Positions 1 through 13,345 of a stretch of 64,000 bases of DNA are shown here, one piece after another (within the stretch, counting starts at the first letter, position 1; the number at the start of each line of letters is the position of its first letter). Source of the stretch: Octopus vulgaris (lineage: Eukaryota); assembly GCA_951406725.2 (NCBI GenBank), contig OX597814.1, forward strand, positions 178,622,001 to 178,686,000, read 5' to 3'. The position numbers were made by a program, and so were the translations under genes. Below the pieces are notes generated by a model that did no database searches, was not told the DNA's origin, and worked only from the letters and a program-made list of their open reading frames with translations.

Positions 1-1
1 C

Positions 2-341
2 ATATTATATTATATTACATTAGAGACAAAACCACTATTATGCAAATCAAGCAAAGAAAGACTTAAGCCAATACATAAAATAATTTATATAAATTAAAAT
101 TTAACTATTATAAGTAACCACTACGATCGTTTTTGTCAGCACATCTTTGAAACATTCTTCAGGTGGTTTCAAGATCTTCTTGGCGAGTTTTAAACTGAAA
201 AATATCTCAAAGATGTGCTGACACGAAACGATCGTAGTGGTTACTTATAATTGTTAAATTTTAATTTATATAAATTACTTTATGTATTGGCTTAAGTCTT
301 TCTTTGCTTGATTTGCATAATAGTGGTTTTGTCTCAATATA

Positions 342-350
<9 letters not shown>
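2..350. mobile_element. Fold-back (inverted pseudo-LTR) non-autonomous Penelope-like element with a hammerhead motif in each arm
   Basis: Arms ~2-155 and ~200-350 are reverse complements (e.g. GAGACAAAACCACTATTATGCAAATCAAGC / GCTTGATTTGCATAATAGTGGTTTTGTCTC). Followed by (TA)n. Confidence 0.75.
116..168 (-). ncRNA. Type I hammerhead ribozyme motif (G12 mutated in this arm)
   Basis: Minus strand AACCAC-CTGAAGA-stem II-AAAA-CGATCG-TA-GTGGTT. The plus arm (195-242) keeps GAAA-CGATCG-TA-GTGGTT but has a degenerate CTGAAAA core. Confidence 0.65.
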
Positions 351-381
<31 letters not shown>

Positions 382-420
382 AAAAAAGGTTTGAAAATGC
401 AATTTAAACGATGTTTATTT

Positions 421-461
421 ACTTAACCGGTTTCACTCTTTGGTAAAAGATTGTCAAAAGT
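421..461 (-). ncRNA. Minimal type I hammerhead motif with U3-A8 variant core
   Basis: Minus: ACTT-TTGACAA-TCTTTTACCAAAGAGT-GAAA-CCGG-TT-AAGT. Palindromic stem III ACCGGT, GUU cleavage triplet, imperfect stem II base. Confidence 0.6.
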
Positions 462-474
462 TACATTTAAGGAA

Positions 475-710
475 ACATTGAATAATATGGGTTCAAAAAA
501 AGTTTTTTACATAATTGTCACATTGAATATTATGCATTCAAAAAAGTTTTTTACATAATTGTCACATTGGATATTATGGGTTCAAAAAAAGTTTTTTACA
601 TAATTGTCACATTGAATATTATGCATTCAAAAAAAGTTTTTTACATAATTGTCACATTGGATATTATGAATTCAAAAATATTTTTTTATACATAATTGTC
701 ACATTACATG
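475..710. repeat. ~44-bp minisatellite, ~5 copies
   Basis: Repeated CATTG(A/G)ATATTATG..TTCAAAAAAAGTTTTTTACATAATTGTCA. Confidence 0.9.
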
Positions 711-1117
711 TATAAATATAGTGTTTGGTAACAGAGAAGTTCAATAGTGTGATGAGACTATTTGGGAAAATTTGGCAGAAAAGGATAAAACAAATATATT
801 ATTGGGAATTGGTTGCGTTAATTATCGGTTGTCGCAAATTGTCACATTACATGTATATATATACAATCTTTGGTATATATATACAGCGTTTTGACAGCAA
901 AAATTAAAATGGATTTTTTGTACATCTCAGAATATTTTAAGTATGTTTTTACTGACCTGTCAGTATTAGCAGAAAGGCTGAACTGAGAGAACAGAAGAAG
1001 TAGCCAATGTGGTGTATACTTCCCCTTTATGCATGAATGATTTTGGGGTTATCAGGAGGTTAGTATGCGGGTGTGAATAGATGTGTCCGTGCCTGCTGGT
1101 CAGACAGCGTCTGTTTG

Positions 1118-1322
1118 TCACACACATATATATACACACAAACACACACACACACAACAACACACACACACACACACATAGTATACAAACACACACCACA
1201 TACAAACAACACACACACACACAGAACACACACACCCACACACAACGCACCCACATATATCACATATACACACAGCACACAAATATAACATGTATCTATA
1301 TATAACATACACAGATATATAA

Positions 1323-1371
<49 letters not shown>

Positions 1372-2176
1372 CACACGCACACATACATACATAATATAAA
1401 TATCACACAAATACACCTAGCATATATATACACACATACAATACACACATACAGCATGTAAGCAATATACATACACAATATATGCATGCAATATACATAC
1501 GCAATACATACATATAATATATATATATATAGACAATGCATATACATATATACACATATACATATAAATAGTGTTTACATACACATACATAGATGTACCA
1601 CATATACACACAGCACACATACATACAATGCATACACATACACGTACGCATACATATAATATATATATACACACACACACACATAACATACATACACACA
1701 CAATGCATACATATATATACACGCAATGCATATACATGTATTCATGCACATATAGCACACCTACAATATACATATATACAGTGCACACATACACACAAAT
1801 ATATACACTTAATTGTACACGTACATATACAATACACATACATACAATATACATATACACAATGCGCATGCAAATAATGTACATGTTTATACACACATAA
1901 ACATGCAAATAAATATACACACACACACATACACACACACACATATATATACACACATATATATATATATATACACACATACATACATACATACATGCAC
2001 ATACATATATTTTTTCACACACATACACACACATATATATATATAAAAATTCACCCCCCCCCACACACACAAATTACAAACCTATAGCGTACACACTCAA
2101 ATATATCTCTACATGCCGCACACACACACAAACAAAGTACTAACATATACACACATACCATGCATATACACACACA

Positions 2177-2213
<37 letters not shown>

Positions 2214-2390
2214 AAAACAGATACATATGTAAATACATACACACGTACACAATGCTCACACACACACACACACACACATACACACACACCCGCACACAGT
2301 GCACACACACACACACATATATACACACGTGCACACACACACACACATACAACGCGCGCACACACACATATACACACACACGCACACAGT

Positions 2391-2422
<32 letters not shown>

Positions 2423-2460
2423 CACTCACACACATACATCACCTACATATATATAATGCA
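1118..2460. repeat. Long imperfect (CA)/(TA)/(CATA) cryptic microsatellite in the 3' region of the PLE
   Basis: Alternating purine-pyrimidine sequence. All overlapping ORFs are CV/HT/YI low-complexity artefacts. Confidence 0.9.
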
Positions 2461-2607
2461 TGCGTGTGCATGCCACGTATGTGTGCGGTCAATGCCCGCT
2501 AGTGTGTCCTATGCGTGCCGATGCGCGCATGTGCCCGCCCGCACGATATGCTGTGAGCGTGCGCGCGTCCCTGTGTGCTTGCTCTGGATGTGCTTCCAGG
2601 GGGTATG

Positions 2608-3671
2608 TTAGAGTATGTTTAGTTGTGGTCTGTATTTTTGAATAAGATTACTTTCCTTATTTATTCGTGTTTGGTCTGTGGTGTTGTCCGAGCATTGGTA
2701 TAGTGGGAAGACTAAGAATTTGGGGGACTTATTGTGTGCACAAAGGTCTAAGTGTCCACTTAGTGGTATCTGTCTTGTGGAGGGGTCCCTCAGTTGTTGT
2801 CGGTGAACTGTCATTCTGTCTCTGAGGGTAAGGCTCGTTTGCCCTATGTAGTCTTCGTGGCATCCTTCACACCTTATGACGTAGAGTAAATTTTTTGATG
2901 CGCACGTGAAGTTATTTTTTATGATGAATGTGTGTCCCGAGTGGAACTTGTACGACGATCCCTCAATGAGGTGGATGCAGGTCTTACAGTTGGGGCGACC
3001 ACATTTTTTGATGGTGGGCGGTGGGTTTGTGTTGTGTAATTTTGCGTTGGTGAGGAGGTTTTTTAGGGATTTAGGTTGTCTCTTACTTTTTATTATTTTA
3101 TGAGCTGCCAGTATTTTTTTCAGGCGTGGGTCTTGATTTAGTTGTGGAATGTTGTTGTATATAATAGTGTAAGCTTCTGCATTCCTTGGGTTGTGTGTTG
3201 AGAGATAAGGGAGGCTATTGACTGTACTGTGGATGTGTTTGGGTTTTCGAAGGTCTTGAATGTTGATTGATTTGGCCCGTTCTATTCCGTTGTCTACTAG
3301 TGATGCCGGGTAATGTCTTTCGAGAAGAATTGCCCTTAGTTCCCGGAGTCTTCTATTTCGTGTTGTGTCATTTGAGACAATAGTGCAGATTCTTCTCGCT
3401 AGGTTGAAGGGGATATTTGTCTTTGTGTGTTTTGGGTGATTGGAGGTGAATAGAAGGTATTGTTTAGAGTCAGTGGGTTTGTAATGGATGTCAGTTTCAA
3501 TGTTGACGCCTTTTTTAATGATTAGGATGTCAAGAAAAGGGAGTTGGTCCTGACTATATTCCATTGTGAATTGAATGTTGTTATTTACACTGTTGATAAG
3601 GTTTTTGAAGTCTATAAGTTGGTCGAGTGTGTGGGACCATAGGATGAGGCAATCATCTAAGTAGCGTTTCC

Positions 3672-3672
<1 letters not shown>
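2608..3672 (-). CDS. Penelope-like RT C-terminal part, thumb, Cys linker and GIY-YIG endonuclease (5'-truncated)
   Basis: The frame is open upstream of the annotated Met: WKRYLDDCLILW (RT catalytic YxDD) lies at the (TA)n junction. Then LPFLD, HYKPTDSKQYL..SNHP, CGRPNCKTC, NLLYVIRCEGCHEDYIGQT..R..H and E..I....P.LN. Confidence 0.93.
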
Positions 3673-3766
<94 letters not shown>

Positions 3767-3770
3767 TGTG

Positions 3771-3960
3771 TATCACCATGATAGATCGCTAGCCGCTACA
3801 CATTCTTTATTTTCTCTCCTTGTTGCTTTTTGTCTTCCTTTCTGTGGAAGAGCGTAGGCTGGAAACGTTAAAGTCTTTTTGACTTCCTGAGTTTATACTA
3901 ATACATCTGTTTGTTGTCTACACCACCTGTCTTCGTCTTTTGTTTTTTGTAAATTCCAAC

Positions 3961-3962
<2 letters not shown>
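3771..3962 (+). mobile_element. Short PLE pseudo-LTR / retrozyme-like fragment with hammerhead motif at 3838-3873
   Basis: CTTT-CTGTGGA-AGAGCGTAGGCTG-GAAA-CG-TT-AAAG between (TG)n and (TA)n. Related to 27411-27445. Confidence 0.6.
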
Positions 3963-4023
<61 letters not shown>

Positions 4024-4502
4024 ATGTATATGTATATATGTATGAGCCTTCGCGATTGGACATTTATACTTGTATATTATATATAAAGCAATGTTATAAA
4101 GACACATTTGTATGACGTATTTAACTTAACCCAGAAGAAAAAAATAAAAACTGTTAATTATATTTCATTATTTTTTTCCCCTTTTGATATGAAGAGAAAG
4201 AAACTAATAAAACGCTACAGAAAAGGAAATTCATATGTTTTGCTGAAAAATTCTTCAAATTAATACAAAGTATTTGAAACGTTAGAAAGAATGATGATAA
4301 AAGTAAAAAAAAATTGCAACTGAAAACAAATGAGTGAATTGATAGATAGGTAGGTAGATACACGAAAGAAAATTTTATTAAGAATATAGCAAAATAAAAG
4401 CAGTAGATATCGGAAGATCTAAGAGTTAAAGGAAATAAGAAATAAGAGAAAACATTAAAAAAAAAATGTATCTATGTAACTACGTGCTTATACCTGTATG
4501 CA

Positions 4503-4586
<84 letters not shown>

Positions 4587-4773
4587 ACATCTATAGATAT
4601 CGACATATATGTGTGTTTATGAAACAGGGGATGAGGAGGGTGCAAATAGTTAAGATCAAAGAGAGAGAGAAACTAATACATACATACACACATACATACT
4701 TACACACGTACATACATACAAACATACATGTATTCATACATATTTGTATATATATACATGTATTTATTCGTAC

Positions 4774-4838
<65 letters not shown>

Positions 4839-5108
4839 TGAACACTCAAATATACACGGATAGATATGTATGCATATGGAGATATATGTCTGTATATACA
4901 TACATACATACATGATACACACTCACACACACACATATATATATATGAATATGTATATATACACACATATATTTATACACACATATATATATACATAAAT
5001 ATACATATATGTATATACGCACATGCGCACTCACACTAGAAATGCACTAATAAATTTATATATATTTAGATAAAAGAATTATCTAAATATATATAAATCG
5101 ATGCGTAC

Positions 5109-5172
5109 AAGAAGAAGAAGAAGAAGAAGAAGAAGAAGAAGAAGAAGAAGAAGAAGAAGAAGAAGAAGAAGA
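5109..5172. repeat. (AAG)n microsatellite
   Basis: Perfect trinucleotide run. Confidence 0.95.
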
Positions 5173-5350
5173 GTATCATTGGGTGCAAACAAAACCTACG
5201 TAAAATATTTGATCACTTTTTCTCTTTTTAGTAACTGTCGTTTTCGATTAGAGCCAGGTATCCATGATTGTGCGAACTTATGATCAAGCGCTTGCAAATC
5301 ATGACCACCACGTCCTTTATATCTGAGCCAAAAGTTTCTTGTCTGCTATA

Positions 5351-5599
5351 TCTATTTCTTTACTACCCACAAGGGGCTATACATACAGGGGACAAACAAG
5401 TATAGACAAACAAGGATAGACAAACGGATTAAGACGATTACATCGACCCCAGTGAGTAACTGGTACTTAATTAATCGACCCCGAAAGGATGAAAGGCAAA
5501 GTCGACCTCGGCAGAATTTGAACTCAGAACGTAACGGCAGACGAAATACGGCTACGCATTTCGCTCGGCGTGCGAACGGTTCTGCCAGCTCACCTCCTT
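5351..5599 (-). mobile_element. tRNA-derived CORE-type SINE (family B, octopus OR-like)
   Basis: Minus: GAGCTGGCAGAA..GAGTTCAAATTCTGCCGAGGTCGACTTTGCCTTTCATCCTTTCGGGGTCGAT..AAGTACCAG. Many copies in the window. Confidence 0.85.
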
Positions 5600-7649
5600 T
5601 ACTTGTCTGCTATATCTAACCTGTCATTTCATCTCGTAGAAACTCCCTCGTTTGTTCGTGCAATTATAAACATGTAGGTGGAGTTAATATTCTATGGATG
5701 AAACCTTTAACATTTTAACAAAAAACGAGCCATTGTCGTATAACTCAAAGATACTCTGAATGGTTGGTATTGATGAATCAGTCAGTTTGTTGATCTGTCT
5801 TTCAAGCCACACAAACACTCTATGAAACATCACCATCAACAACATCAGACAGCAGTGCGCAAATACCACCACCATTAACTCCAGCCAGCAGCAACACCAC
5901 CACCAAAACCGCCACCGCCAACATCAACACCAAAACCGCAGCCTCCACCACCACATAACCAACAACAACAATATTAACCTCAACAACACGAATACCACAA
6001 CCACTAGCCTTACAAGCCGTCGATCGATAAATGATGAAGAAATAAGCAGTTAACATAAACGATAATAACACAATGCATAATTCTGCTGCTGCCAAAACAT
6101 ATATTATACGATGTCGTCTGCAGAAACAATTTGTGTATTTATATATCTGTCACAGACTTCGGTTTACTGCTGTTTTTGTGTACACATGAGTTGTTGGTCT
6201 TATTAATTCTTACTAGTTTTTAAGGCGTTTGAGTAAACAAATCTTAACTAGTACGAAAAATGGTGTTAAGATGTTGCACCTAATAGCCATAGTGAAAAAC
6301 CAATATTTATTTTATTTTCCAATCGATGAGATCATATAAGCCCTTTAAAGTTAGTTGCTGCAATCGATTTCATAACATAAGCCCTTTTATGTTACATGCT
6401 AAAATCGATCTCATAATGCAAGCCCTTGTAAATCAATGCGTTTAAGCTGCATAGTATATAGCTAATGCATTAAAAACGCACGACTCCTGTAAATGAGTAG
6501 ATCCAGCATTGTACGGATATGCCTACTTATAGATGCATAAGTTCACGGGTATAGTATTGATTTTAGAGGACATATGAATAGCTGTCTTAGTTACTATAAT
6601 AATATATGTAATATCGAGGGACTATTTAAAAGTTACATTTACAAAATACATATATGCATGCATACATGACTACATACATACATTCATGTATATATGCATG
6701 CATACATATAGACATACATACATACAATCATACACAGGCATGGGCACACACACATATACGTATCTATGCGTCATACTTATGAAAACACTGCGTTAGACAC
6801 TTTAAACCAGTATTCTAGAAGAGATAAAATCGTTTATGCACATGATATTTTGTTAAAATGCAATAAACCTCGAACGTTCACTGAAATAGTCTCAACATCA
6901 GCTTACGAGAGTGACAGATGCATTTCTGCCTCGATGGGCCTGATGTTTATATTTAATAAACAAAGGATTGATACGTGAGCTACCATAGGTTTCGTGTGCA
7001 ATGACTTAGAGTAAGCTGACAGGCTTGTATAGCTGGCGTGTACTATCCTGCAGTCGATAAAGCTAATGTTAACATGGCTGTTCCCTGAGAGACGGTGAAG
7101 AAAAAAAATGAGATAAAAAAGGAAAACAAATGGGAAGAGGAAAGCTTGGATGCAAAGGGAGATAATTATTTAGTATTTCCGTCAGAAGCAAATACTAAAT
7201 AAGTTTATTTATGAATTAACGATGCATGGTAGGGTAATCAACTGGAGAAAGGTTAAAGTTTGTAAAACAGTAACCCTAATCTGGAGAGGGTGTTGTTCTC
7301 CAGTTAAATAGTAGAAATTTGTCGATTTGCACCCTGTGAAAATTTCCGATCTCGAATGCAGTCGCTCTATAGAATTCTTAGATTTAAAATGTATATAAGT
7401 TCTTTCACCTACAAAAAACATACTGCTTCATGAGCCGTTATTGCTCTACTCTGTGATGCTCCACTCTATGTGTGGTGACCACAGGTATTCCGCGATGGAC
7501 ATTCGATAGATGAATGAACTGAATAAAACGCTTCTGAATGGAGATATCAGTAACTGACAATTATGCACTTAACTGAATTATCGGGCAGAATTAGAGTGAC
7601 GTACCTTAAGACAAGGTCGTAACATTTCAATTAGTCAAACAATCCACCG

Positions 7650-7800
7650 GATGGGCTTCTACACAATTTCCGCCAACCCAATTTCAATCACATGCTATGG
7701 GTCAACTCGAGAATCTAAAGAATGACTGGTCCAAGAGATCTTGCCGAGAGATTGATCTTAGACCTCGTGGTTGCGAAGTGAACTCCTTAGTCATTTTTCC
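7650..7800 (-). mobile_element. Degenerate SINE family A fragment
   Basis: Diverged match to the GGGCTTCTTTCAGTTTCCGTCTACCAAATCCACTCAC...CCCAAGG part of family A. Confidence 0.45.
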
Positions 7801-7857
7801 ATACAGCGCTTACCGTTCCACACATACATGCATCGAAAATTCATGGATATATGAAGG

Positions 7858-7939
<82 letters not shown>

Positions 7940-8388
7940 GATTGGCACTTAGCTTTCCCTTGTATAAGCCATCAGACGAAACTTAAATGCCGTTTTAACA
8001 CGACGCTTTCAATATAGGATGTAATAGCCGCTGGTTTTATTCCTCATATATATATATATATATATATATATAAACACTGTGTGTGTGTGTATGTGTGTAG
8101 TACTTACATGTGTATAATGTAGGTAGGGTAAAATTGAAGCTGTATAATCTTGAAGCACATCTGGTTGTTCCAGTATTAAAATCCAGTGTATAGTAGCTGT
8201 CGTTGTCGAATTGATGTGAGGTTAATATTAAAGTTGGAAAGTTTGGAAATGACATTTGCAGACTTATGTAACACATCAAGAAATTGGAAAGTTTTTAGTG
8301 CTTCGTGATTACGTACATTTCAATTGCTATAAGGAATCAAAAAGTTGGATAAACATGTAAGAAATTTTCTATGAGAAATTCTTAAGAC

Positions 8389-8707
8389 CAGGTTTTCTCA
8401 GCCACTTTTTCTTATCTATGATTACTATCATATTCTGGTTGACTAACTTAGCCAATCGATGTTTAAGAGCTAGTTTTACAGAAACTTCTTTCAAAATTCC
8501 AAATTTGTTTTTCACACATTAACTTGTGTAGATTGAACTACGGAAAACGTTTTAGAAAGAAACCTAGCTGTTTCTTACAATACACACCGATACATATATC
8601 TAAAGCAATATTATTTGTGGATGCTCAATTTACTATTTTATTGCGTGGACTCCACAAAATTTTATATGGGCCCTAAGGGACATACGAACGCCGGTTGAGA
8701 AACACTG
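8389..8707. mobile_element. hAT (Charlie-like) MITE
   Basis: TIRs CAGGTTTTCTCAGCC / GGTTGAGAAACACTG. 8-bp TSD CTTAAGAC / CTTTAGAC (1 mismatch). Confidence 0.75.
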
Positions 8708-8926
8708 CTTTAGACAGAGAATCAAATATTAACGAAATTTACATTTGGATTAAGCGCTTACATATAGTTTGTAATGATTTGTATAGATAGTCGGGGCAAA
8801 GAATAAAGAGCAAATCAAATAGTAAGGAAAAAGAAGAGAGAAAGAGAGAGAGGGAGTGAGAGAGAGTGAGAAAGAGAGAGTTAGATACGTCAATTTTCCA
8901 ACTTTCTGTTTTGTTTTATGCATGTA

Positions 8927-9803
8927 CGTAGTCTGATCAATACGTATCCGGACTTTTGCTATAGTAACGAAGCTAAAGCACGAACAGTAAAGCTGCTTTG
9001 CACAGATTGACCTTGAGCTCTGTTGTGTGTGTTCCCTAAGCTTTTACGTTCTAGATCACTTCCTCTGCTTGGAAGAAACGTGTGTAGCATGTGATCGTCA
9101 CATTGACAATAACAGAGAAAGTTGAAGAGAAATTCTGCATCAAATTTTGCCAAAAGCTTTACGATGCCTGCTCAGAGGCCTACGCAAAGTTTTCAAAACA
9201 TTTTCATCGTTCTCGACACAATCAAGAAGATTTTGTGCATATGAAACCCGAGTGTCACTTTGGTCAGCTGAAAGCAGTTTTGGCACAAACTTAGCAGACA
9301 CGCATCTTATACCCAAATCTTAAGTGATAATAGACTGAACTGAACCGTAACTAATCTGCACATCAACTGATAAGTCACGAATGGTTATTCGACGATTTCC
9401 CCTCATGGCTGCATGCATATCTGCAATGTTTTTCTCAGTTCTGCCAGTTGCTGGTCTCTCAGAACGTTCGTCAATATCGACACTTTTTCGGCTGTCTTGG
9501 AAAGGTTCGAGCCACTCGTACACTTGTATGTGACTAATACATTCCTCTCCATCCACTTTCTGCAACTTTCCGTAGGCCTAGGCATCGCCGTGACAGCTTT
9601 CTCTGTCATGGTCAATGTGACGATTGCACGCTACACGCATTCGTTCCAAGCACTTCTGTAAACAGCGGAAGTAAGCCAGAACGTTAAAACTTAGTGCGCA
9701 TGCACATCAGAGTTAAAGGTCAATCTTTGCCAAGCGGCTTTACTCTGCGTACTTTAGCTTCGTCACTATGGCAACAGTCCAGATATATATGGATCAGACT
9801 CCG
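8927..9803. mobile_element. Mariner derivative built from two convergent 5' ends (transposase N-terminus on both strands)
   Basis: TIRs CGTAGTCTGATCAATACGTATCCGGAC / GTCCAGATATATATGGATCAGACTCCG with TA TSD. Plus strand TEKVEEKFCIKFCQKL. Minus strand MTEK..QVYEW..F..SRKSVDIDERSERP..NRRITIRDL..ISYGSVQSII (mariner HTH). Confidence 0.85.
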
Positions 9804-10679
9804 TATCTATGTATTTATGTATGTATGTATGTATGTATGCATATATATATATATATACATAAACACACACTCACACACACACACACACACTCACACACAC
9901 ACACTCACACACACACACACACACACATACATATAAGTGATATAAATGTCGGTTAGTCGGTTGGTTGATTTCTCCATTGAAGTTTTACAGCCTGTAAGGA
10001 AAGGGGAGAAAAAAGAATAAAAAGTGAAAAAGAGAGTTGTAACATAAGAATTACTCAATGAGTGTTTTAGTACATATATCTCAATGAAATTTGATTTTTA
10101 ATCAAGTAGTTTGCGATTATGTAAAAAGTTCAGAAAAATATTAACGTATTCAATGCAAATACACTGGGCAGGAATTTGTTCTATTAGATAATATTTGAAG
10201 GTAATAAATACTTTCCCACATTGTATTCTTGAAAATTATTATTGGCTTCATATATACTGATATTACCTATGGTAATATTCTAACGAACTTAGTTTGCATA
10301 ATTGAAATGAAAATGGAAAATGAGGTAAGATATAAATCTGATTGGCAACAGGCATGTATTTGAACAACACAGATTAATAACGGTACATTAAGGACATACA
10401 TACATACTTTCTCACACACATACATACATACATAACATAACATACAAACATACATACGTACATGCATCTATTAACCACCAAGTGTTGAAGTGCATCTCTT
10501 GACCAATTTTGCATACATGAGACTGATAGCATCATAAGAGTTGAAAAGCAACTTCTTAAGGAACAAGAACCTTTAATGCATGCCTCAAGGAGTCGCACGA
10601 CTTTACTGCAATGTATCATTAGAAGAAAGGGTGAGAATATATCGACAGAAGACCATGCATGTATATGTTAGTAGAAACC

Positions 10680-10906
10680 TTTACTCTTTACTCTTTTACA
10701 CATTGCTTCAGTCATGTGACTGTGGCCAGGCCGGAGCACCGCCTTTAGTCTAGCAAATCGACCCCAGTTCTTATTCTTTGTAAACCTAGTACTTATTCTA
10801 TCGGTCTTTTTTGCCGAACCGCTAAGTTACGGGGACGTAAACACACCAGCATCAGTTGTCAAGCGATTTTGGGTGGACAAACACAGACACACAAACATAT
10901 ACCCCC

Positions 10907-10968
<62 letters not shown>

Positions 10969-11131
10969 GACGGGTTTCTTTCATTTTCTGTCTACCAAAT
11001 CCATTCACAAGGTTTTGGTCGGCCCGAGGCTATAGTAGAAGACACTTTTCCAAGGTGCCACGCAGTGGGACTGAACCTGGAATCATGTGATTCGTAAGCA
11101 AGCTACTTACCACACAGCCACTCCTACGCCT
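10680..11131 (-). mobile_element. tRNA-derived SINE family A (octopus OK-like), full length with internal (TA)n
   Basis: Minus head AGGCGTAGGAGTGGCTGTGTGGTAAG (A box), GGTTCAGTCC (B box), (GTAAAAGA)n tail. Confidence 0.9.
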
Positions 11132-11134
11132 GTA

Positions 11135-12090
11135 CTGATCATCAAAGTAGTCTACGATGGGCCACCAAACGGATTGCTCCTCCCCGTTTGCAATCCAGCA
11201 ACAGATAACATATCAACCATGTACCTGATGCACAAAAGGGACAGAGATGTGCAAAAAGCAGCAACCTTTGTGGAGTTAAACATGAAGATATCACTCACAT
11301 TGTAAGCAGTTGTCCGAAAATTTCATCACGTTATTTATCTACCGATGAGATATGTTGTAGCTAGGAAACTGTATAACGAGATCCGTCCGAAGGATAACCC
11401 CGAGGACAAAGAAATAAGAACCCACCCTATGGTGGAAGACATAGTTACTCATAATGAAAAAGAGTACTGGTGGAATGTTCCAGTGAAAACTTTAATAAAA
11501 TGTAAACATAATATACCTGACATAATGATTTGGGATAAAAAAAAAAAAAGAGAAACTGTGTCCAGTTGTGGAAATAAGCTGCCCATACAGCTAAAGAGCA
11601 GCGAAAAAGAAAATACCTACGCTGAACTATAGAGACATTTTCAGTTAGTCTATCTAAATTACAAGTTCAGGTTTATATCTATAGTCATTGGGGTACTGCG
11701 ATATATGTAAACACACTGCCCAAATAAGAATCAAGATAAATAAAGCCTCTCAAAACCAGAAAGCAGAAAGCTGATTCGATGATTACCGATCTAATTCATC
11801 ACTGCAACTGTAAAAATGTGTAAAATTTTCCAGAATTTTATCATTTAAGTATACATGAGTATGTCAAGATATGCAAGTATATGCATGACAATATATACAT
11901 AAAACATATTAATCTGCACATACATACATACATACATACATACATACATACATTCATACATAATACACACATACATACATACACAATTATCCAGTAGGTG
12001 TTGAAATTCCAATGAAGAAGCCTTGGATCTAGGTTAGAAATCGGCTCTCTCCGCTTATCGGCAAGAAATCTTAAAGTAAAACTGTATAAT
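11135..12090 (+). pseudogene. R4/Dong-type non-LTR retrotransposon 3' part (CCHC zinc motif and restriction-like endonuclease), decayed
   Basis: Frame-shifted C..EDITHIVSSCPK, RY/H.VVARKLY, YWWNVPVKT..KHNIPDIMIWDK..VEISCP..EKENTYAEL (PD-(D/E)xK type). The 3' end at ~12090 is tentative. Confidence 0.75.
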
Positions 12091-12153
12091 GGCATAGATA
12101 TATACAAAAATATTTACATACACACACACACACACCATCACACACACAAACAT

Positions 12154-12184
<31 letters not shown>

Positions 12185-12404
12185 GATATATGCGTATACG
12201 TATGTGTGCGTGTGTGTTTGTGGAGGTACGTAGCTTAGAGATTAATGGGATGTGCTGCACGGCGGGAGATATATAGGCCACAAAATACGATTAGCCAGCC
12301 ATATGAGTGTATGATTCGGAAGAATCTTTGATCCATTTTAATACAAGCACATGGATATATAGTCTGTATATATATACATACATACATACATACATACATA
12401 TAAG

Positions 12405-12478
<74 letters not shown>

Positions 12479-13261
12479 TTATATATGTATACTTATTATT
12501 TGATAGTGCTTTTCTTAATTTAGATACAAACGTTGCTATTTGCATATATAGGCCCCTTAATGTACCCCAACTTTGACTCAGTGAAATATAAAGAATATAT
12601 CTATTTGAGAGAGAGAGAGAGCGCGCGCGGTTGATTCTCATTACATTTGAGTGGCCTATAAAATTGTGCAGTCAAATACTTTGCTTAAAGAAGAATATTC
12701 TACTTGGCCTTCAGTCACATCAATCTACTTTCAAAATCAACAGAAACTGCAACAATAACTGAAGTGGAATATATTTTATGTAACAGGCTTAAAGAAAAAT
12801 CTATTGAAGCAGCGAATAACCTCCTAAAGGCTTCGACAGGAATACATCTTAATTCCTATTAATGGAAGTGTAACTCAGAAAACTCAGATAAATAAATACT
12901 GGAAAGTACGATTGTGAATGTCTGAATTGTGCTTTAGCCTCGAGTCTTCCCTATTTGATAAGAAATAAAATATAAGATACATGGCAGTCCTGGTGTTTCC
13001 GCCTTTTAAAATTATGTACGCCTTTTTTGCTATAAAGAACAGTAGCGTGTGCTCAAGAGAAATTTCTCTGCTATTTCTAGCATATTAAGTGGTATCATTC
13101 CCACCGAAGCACGAAATTTTATATATCATTAATGATTAAGACACAGTGAAGTTTAAATAAAAGAAGATTTAATGACTGCTTTTGAATCAGCTCACTAATT
13201 TACTCGTTCTGAAAGCAGAAGTAATAATTTCGTGATTAATTATTTAATGGTGAATGTAGGA

Positions 13262-13264
<3 letters not shown>

Positions 13265-13344
<80 letters not shown>

Positions 13345-13345
13345 C
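13265..13345. repeat. (CT)n/(CTTT)n microsatellite
   Basis: Direct. Confidence 0.95.

Larger units (their letters stand above)
380..3672 (-). mobile_element. 5'-truncated Penelope-like retroelement (Neptune/Naiad-type) inserted in (TA)n
   Basis: (TA)n on both sides. RT+GIY-YIG ORF, long 3' region, hammerhead motif ~40 nt from the 3' end. The 3' boundary is inferred. Confidence 0.8.

Noticed and set aside
475-710. Regularly spaced repeats suggestive of a CRISPR array
   Set aside because: Head-to-tail minisatellite with no unique spacers, eukaryotic context and no cas genes.
966-2645. Many overlapping ORFs rich in CV/HT/YI (also throughout the window)
   Set aside because: Translations of dinucleotide and trinucleotide microsatellites, not proteins.
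2608-3672. Selenoprotein-type Naiad PLE
   Set aside because: No in-frame TGA in the visible ORF (stop is TAA) and no SECIS recognised.
6320-6430. Three degenerate ~42-bp repeats (ATCGAT..CATA..AAGCCCTT)
   Set aside because: Ordinary decayed minisatellite with no further structure.
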